This document shows positions 60,889 to 64,000 of a stretch of DNA of 64,000 nucleotides, in pieces; the stretch's first letter is position 1; each line of letters opens with the position of its first letter. Position numbers and translations under genes: made by a program. Under the pieces are notes generated by a model. It saw only the letters and a program-made list of their open reading frames with translations. It ran no database searches and was not told the DNA's origin. This DNA comes from an uncultured Methanomicrobiales archaeon. GTDB lineage: Archaea; Halobacteriota; Methanomicrobia; Methanomicrobiales; Methanospirillaceae. The stretch is taken from NCBI GenBank assembly GCA_963758915.1, contig CAVWXH010000009.1, positions 64,001 to 128,000 of the forward strand, written 5' to 3'.

Positions 60889-61923
60889 TTAATGTGACAG
60901 GAGGCCTTTTTTCTCCTGGCAATCCGGGTTCCCATGGTGATAGTGCTCTATCAGGAACCTCCTGACCTTTTCAGATTCAAGCCAGCCTTGATCGAGCCGG
61001 GTGACAATCGAATCAATAATGGCCACCTGTTCCAGAATTTTATCCTGGAAGGGATTATCTTCGAATTCAATAATCGATTTAATCACCTGGAGCGGGTTCC
61101 TGATCTGGTCATTCAGGATCTGAAACTGTTCATTATTTTTCTCGATCTGCCGGATCCCCTTTTCCCGCAACTTCTCCTCGAAACTTACCCTGTCGGTAAT
61201 ATCCCGGGATACAACAATTACTGCATTAACTTGGTTGTTTTTGCTTTTCATCGGAATCAGAAGGGTTTCGTACCATTCAGTCCCATAGGGTGTCCGTACC
61301 TGGTCCTGGTGGTGAATCTTCTCTCCCCACCAGATTACCCTGGAAATGAAATTGTCGAGCGACGAGATCAACTCCCCTGTCAGCACTTCAAGGTATGGCT
61401 TTCTAAAGACACCGTTCTGGAAATCAGAGCCAAATCGCATCATTACGACACTGTTGGCATACTCGAGGATCCGCTCCCTGTTTACGATGAAGATCATATC
61501 TTCCCCCAGTTCAGCAATCGTGTGATAGCGTTCTTCACTCTTTCTCAGCCTGACTTCAAGGGAGTGTTTCTTGATAACCATATTGATGGTGATCTGCAGT
61601 TTATCCCCTTCAAGCGGCTGGATATAATAATCAAACTGGGGGGGAGGCGTGGTGAACCCGGAACAGCTGCAACTGGAATCAGATGCAATAAGTAGGAGGG
61701 GGATCTCACCATGTTCCCTGATTTTTTCGGCGCAAGGAACCCAGGCGTCTTCGCCATGCTGTGTGATATCAAGGATAATGAGATCGGGCTTAATATGACG
61801 GGCGATTTTCAGGGCACTATCTCCATTATCAACAATAGCCATTACCTCATACCCCATCGCAGATAGAACTGCATGAATCCCTTTCGTGGTAACCGACTCG
61901 TGTTCGATGAGGAGAATGTTCAT
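60889..61923 (-). CDS. Degenerate receiver-PAS protein with truncated HisKA-like tail
   Basis: REC-like N-terminus, PAS ending RDITDR, LNDQIRNPL helix; no HATPase domain. Confidence 0.8.
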   Translation of the reverse strand: MNILLIEHESVTTKGIHAVLSAMGYEVMAIVDNGDSALKIARHIKPDLIILDITQHGEDAWVPCAEKIREHGEIPLLLIASDSSCSCSGFTTPPPQFDYYIQPLEGDKLQITINMVIKKHSLEVRLRKSEERYHTIAELGEDMIFIVNRERILEYANSVVMMRFGSDFQNGVFRKPYLEVLTGELISSLDNFISRVIWWGEKIHHQDQVRTPYGTEWYETLLIPMKSKNNQVNAVIVVSRDITDRVSFEEKLREKGIRQIEKNNEQFQILNDQIRNPLQVIKSIIEFEDNPFQDKILEQVAIIDSIVTRLDQGWLESEKVRRFLIEHYHHGNPDCQEKKGLLSH

Positions 61924-62212
61924 GCCTGCCACCGTTTGAACCCCCCGTTATGAACCCGGGAGTGCAAATGCAGGGAAAACCATGTCTGGTTCAACCGCCA
62001 TTTCTCCAGGAACGGAGTGTTTTTTAATTTTGGCGTTAATCCAGGGTATTTTAACCTTCTACATTGGTCACTTGACACCCTGAATTTCGAGCCGATGGAC
62101 CTTATTATCCGGATTTAAGATTGCACATCAGTTAATATATTTATCACGTATTTTCAGATTAATCGCTGCGATTAACATTCATTAGAGCGATGAAACTTCG
62201 TCATCAAAACGA

Positions 62213-63184
62213 ATGTTATCCAGTACAGTACCATTTTCTCCTATGGTATATTCCTACGAAGGTAGATCGTTACCCACCCATTGGTATGGGTACGAGATAA
62301 AACAGCGCTTACTTGTATTATTGATTGAATTTCTCAACGCCATCAAATTCAGCTCAGTAATTCTTGCGTTGACCGGGGGTGCCGGGATATATGCCTCCTG
62401 TTTTATACAGGGGATTCCGTGCACTCCGGCCCTGATTGTTGTTATGGTACTGGTATCATTCTCCGTCTACAATCTGAACAGGAAGACAGATGAGAAAGAA
62501 GATGAGATCAACCATAACGAGAGATTTTTATTTACGAAAAAATTTGAAAAGCATCTCTTTTATGCTGCACTGGTTTCATACGCCATTGCACTCTGTATTT
62601 GTTCGTTCCTAGGACCATCAGCCCTCCTTGTCGGACTGATACCAATCGTCAGTGGAATCCTCTATAGTGTACCTCTTTTACCTGAAACCTGGCATTTTCA
62701 CCGGTTAAAAGAGATCCCCCTGATGAAAAACCTCCTTGTTGCCGGTGCATGGGCATTAACACTCTCGCTGCTGCCGGTTTATGCAAACAATCTCCTTCCG
62801 GGTATACCAGTCCTCCTGACCGGGCTGTTTTTCTTTAATTATGTTTTTATGGCATCCGTTCTCCCCGACATCCGTGACAGGGAAGGTGATGCACAGGTGG
62901 GAGTATATACAATACCAGTCATTATGGGGGTAAGAAATACAGAAGCACTACTTACTGGTGTCACGTTACTAATTGGTTGCGGAATACTGTTCTTAGGAAC
63001 CGGGTACCTGCCTGTTCCAGTACTCGTTCTTCTTGGAGCAGGACTCTGTTATATCCAGTTCTGTATCCTTTCCATGGACAGGGTGCTGGATACTAATTTT
63101 GTCTGCGATGTCCTTGCAGATGGGGGATTTATCATAATTGGTGCAATTGCTGCTGTAATACCTCTCATAAGCGGATTTGCCTGA
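62213..63184 (+). CDS. UbiA-family prenyltransferase
   Basis: NRKTDEKEDEIN and DIRDREGD Asp-rich motifs, LYS, RLKEIP..KN; multiple TMs. Confidence 0.88.
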   Translation: MLSSTVPFSPMVYSYEGRSLPTHWYGYEIKQRLLVLLIEFLNAIKFSSVILALTGGAGIYASCFIQGIPCTPALIVVMVLVSFSVYNLNRKTDEKEDEINHNERFLFTKKFEKHLFYAALVSYAIALCICSFLGPSALLVGLIPIVSGILYSVPLLPETWHFHRLKEIPLMKNLLVAGAWALTLSLLPVYANNLLPGIPVLLTGLFFFNYVFMASVLPDIRDREGDAQVGVYTIPVIMGVRNTEALLTGVTLLIGCGILFLGTGYLPVPVLVLLGAGLCYIQFCILSMDRVLDTNFVCDVLADGGFIIIGAIAAVIPLISGFA

Positions 63185-63378
63185 AAGGTCGTTGGCCGGG
63201 GATTCCCGGCTCCAAAAATTATTAAATTTTCCCATACGCACCAAAAGACCAGGTAATTGGTATGATGCAAGATTTGGTACATTGTTCATCTCACCGGATA
63301 CGCAGATTATTTAAAGTTGTTGTCCTGATCAAATGATATTTACCGTTAAAAACGGAAATGGTAAATTCACTCAGGTGC

Positions 63379-64000
63379 ATGATGAACCCACTCGACTCCT
63401 ATGAGCTGTACCAGAAAAGTATCCATTCAATTTTCAGTTCACGACTGAAAATCCAGATTCTTTTATCGCTCCTTGTGGAACATCCTCCCCTTTCAAGGCT
63501 CCGTGAAATAACAGGGAGCACGTCGCAGGCATTGATACCCAAAATCCGGAACCTTGAGTCACAGATGCTTATTGAATCAAGAAATTCTGAGTACTTTCTC
63601 ACACCCCTTGGAAAAGCTGTGGCCGTGGAAGTATCGAAATTTGTCAACATCATGAGTGGGATCAGCAGCCATAAGGAATTCTGGGCTATTCACGATCTTT
63701 CTGGAATTCCTGAAGAATTTCTGGAGAGAATTGGGGAACTGCAGGATTCTGAAGTCAAGCTCGATACCCAGGTGGATATTATGCATGTCTACTCCCATTT
63801 CTTGAAAATTGTCAGGGAGGCAGCCTATATCCATGGAATTTCATCAATTATGAGCCCCGGACTGGCGGAAACGGTTGCAGAAAGGGTCGTGGCAGGGGTC
63901 CCGGTAGAACTTGTTGTAAGCAGGCAGGTGATCAGCCTTCTTGGCAAAGAACCCTATATCGGGCAGATAAAACAGCTGTTCCAGTTCCAGAATTTCAAGA
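63379..64000 (+). CDS. Winged-helix DUF1724/FilR1-type regulator; runs off window end
   Basis: Manual translation MMNPLDSYELYQKSIHSIFSSRLKIQILLSL...YFLTPLG...FWAIHDLSGIPEEFLERIGEL. Confidence 0.8.
   Translation, partial: MMNPLDSYELYQKSIHSIFSSRLKIQILLSLLVEHPPLSRLREITGSTSQALIPKIRNLESQMLIESRNSEYFLTPLGKAVAVEVSKFVNIMSGISSHKEFWAIHDLSGIPEEFLERIGELQDSEVKLDTQVDIMHVYSHFLKIVREAAYIHGISSIMSPGLAETVAERVVAGVPVELVVSRQVISLLGKEPYIGQIKQLFQFQNFK

Noticed and set aside
60934-61695. 253-aa plus-strand ORF
   Set aside because: Antisense shadow of the receiver-PAS gene.

Overview
Archaeal chromosomal window, most consistent with a Methanomicrobiales methanogen (archaellins, a DUF1628-type pilin, COG1361 S-layer-like proteins, PEGA and chagasin surface proteins, DUF2115, DUF1724/FilR1-type regulator, tRNA-Leu(GAG) with no encoded CCA). 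About 55 mostly accessory genes cover ABC/MFS/PiT transport, signalling (PAS kinase, PAS-SpoIIE phosphatase, response regulators), redox enzymes and surface proteins. The structure the genes do not explain is a family of at least 11 dispersed, non-coding, modular 120-500 bp repeats. They carry IS903-like terminal inverted repeats, a GC-rich core with mutually exclusive hairpins and a G-quadruplex motif, modules in varying order and orientation, and they sit mainly between convergent 3' gene ends. No transposase or CRISPR array is visible. Other points: a shared palindromic operator flanking an Xre-DUF2178-ABC-S-layer cluster, four genes split by a single extra base (probably assembly errors), two small membrane ORFs missing from the ORF track, and signalling proteins lacking their phospho-accepting His. 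All product calls come from motif recognition by eye, not database searches.
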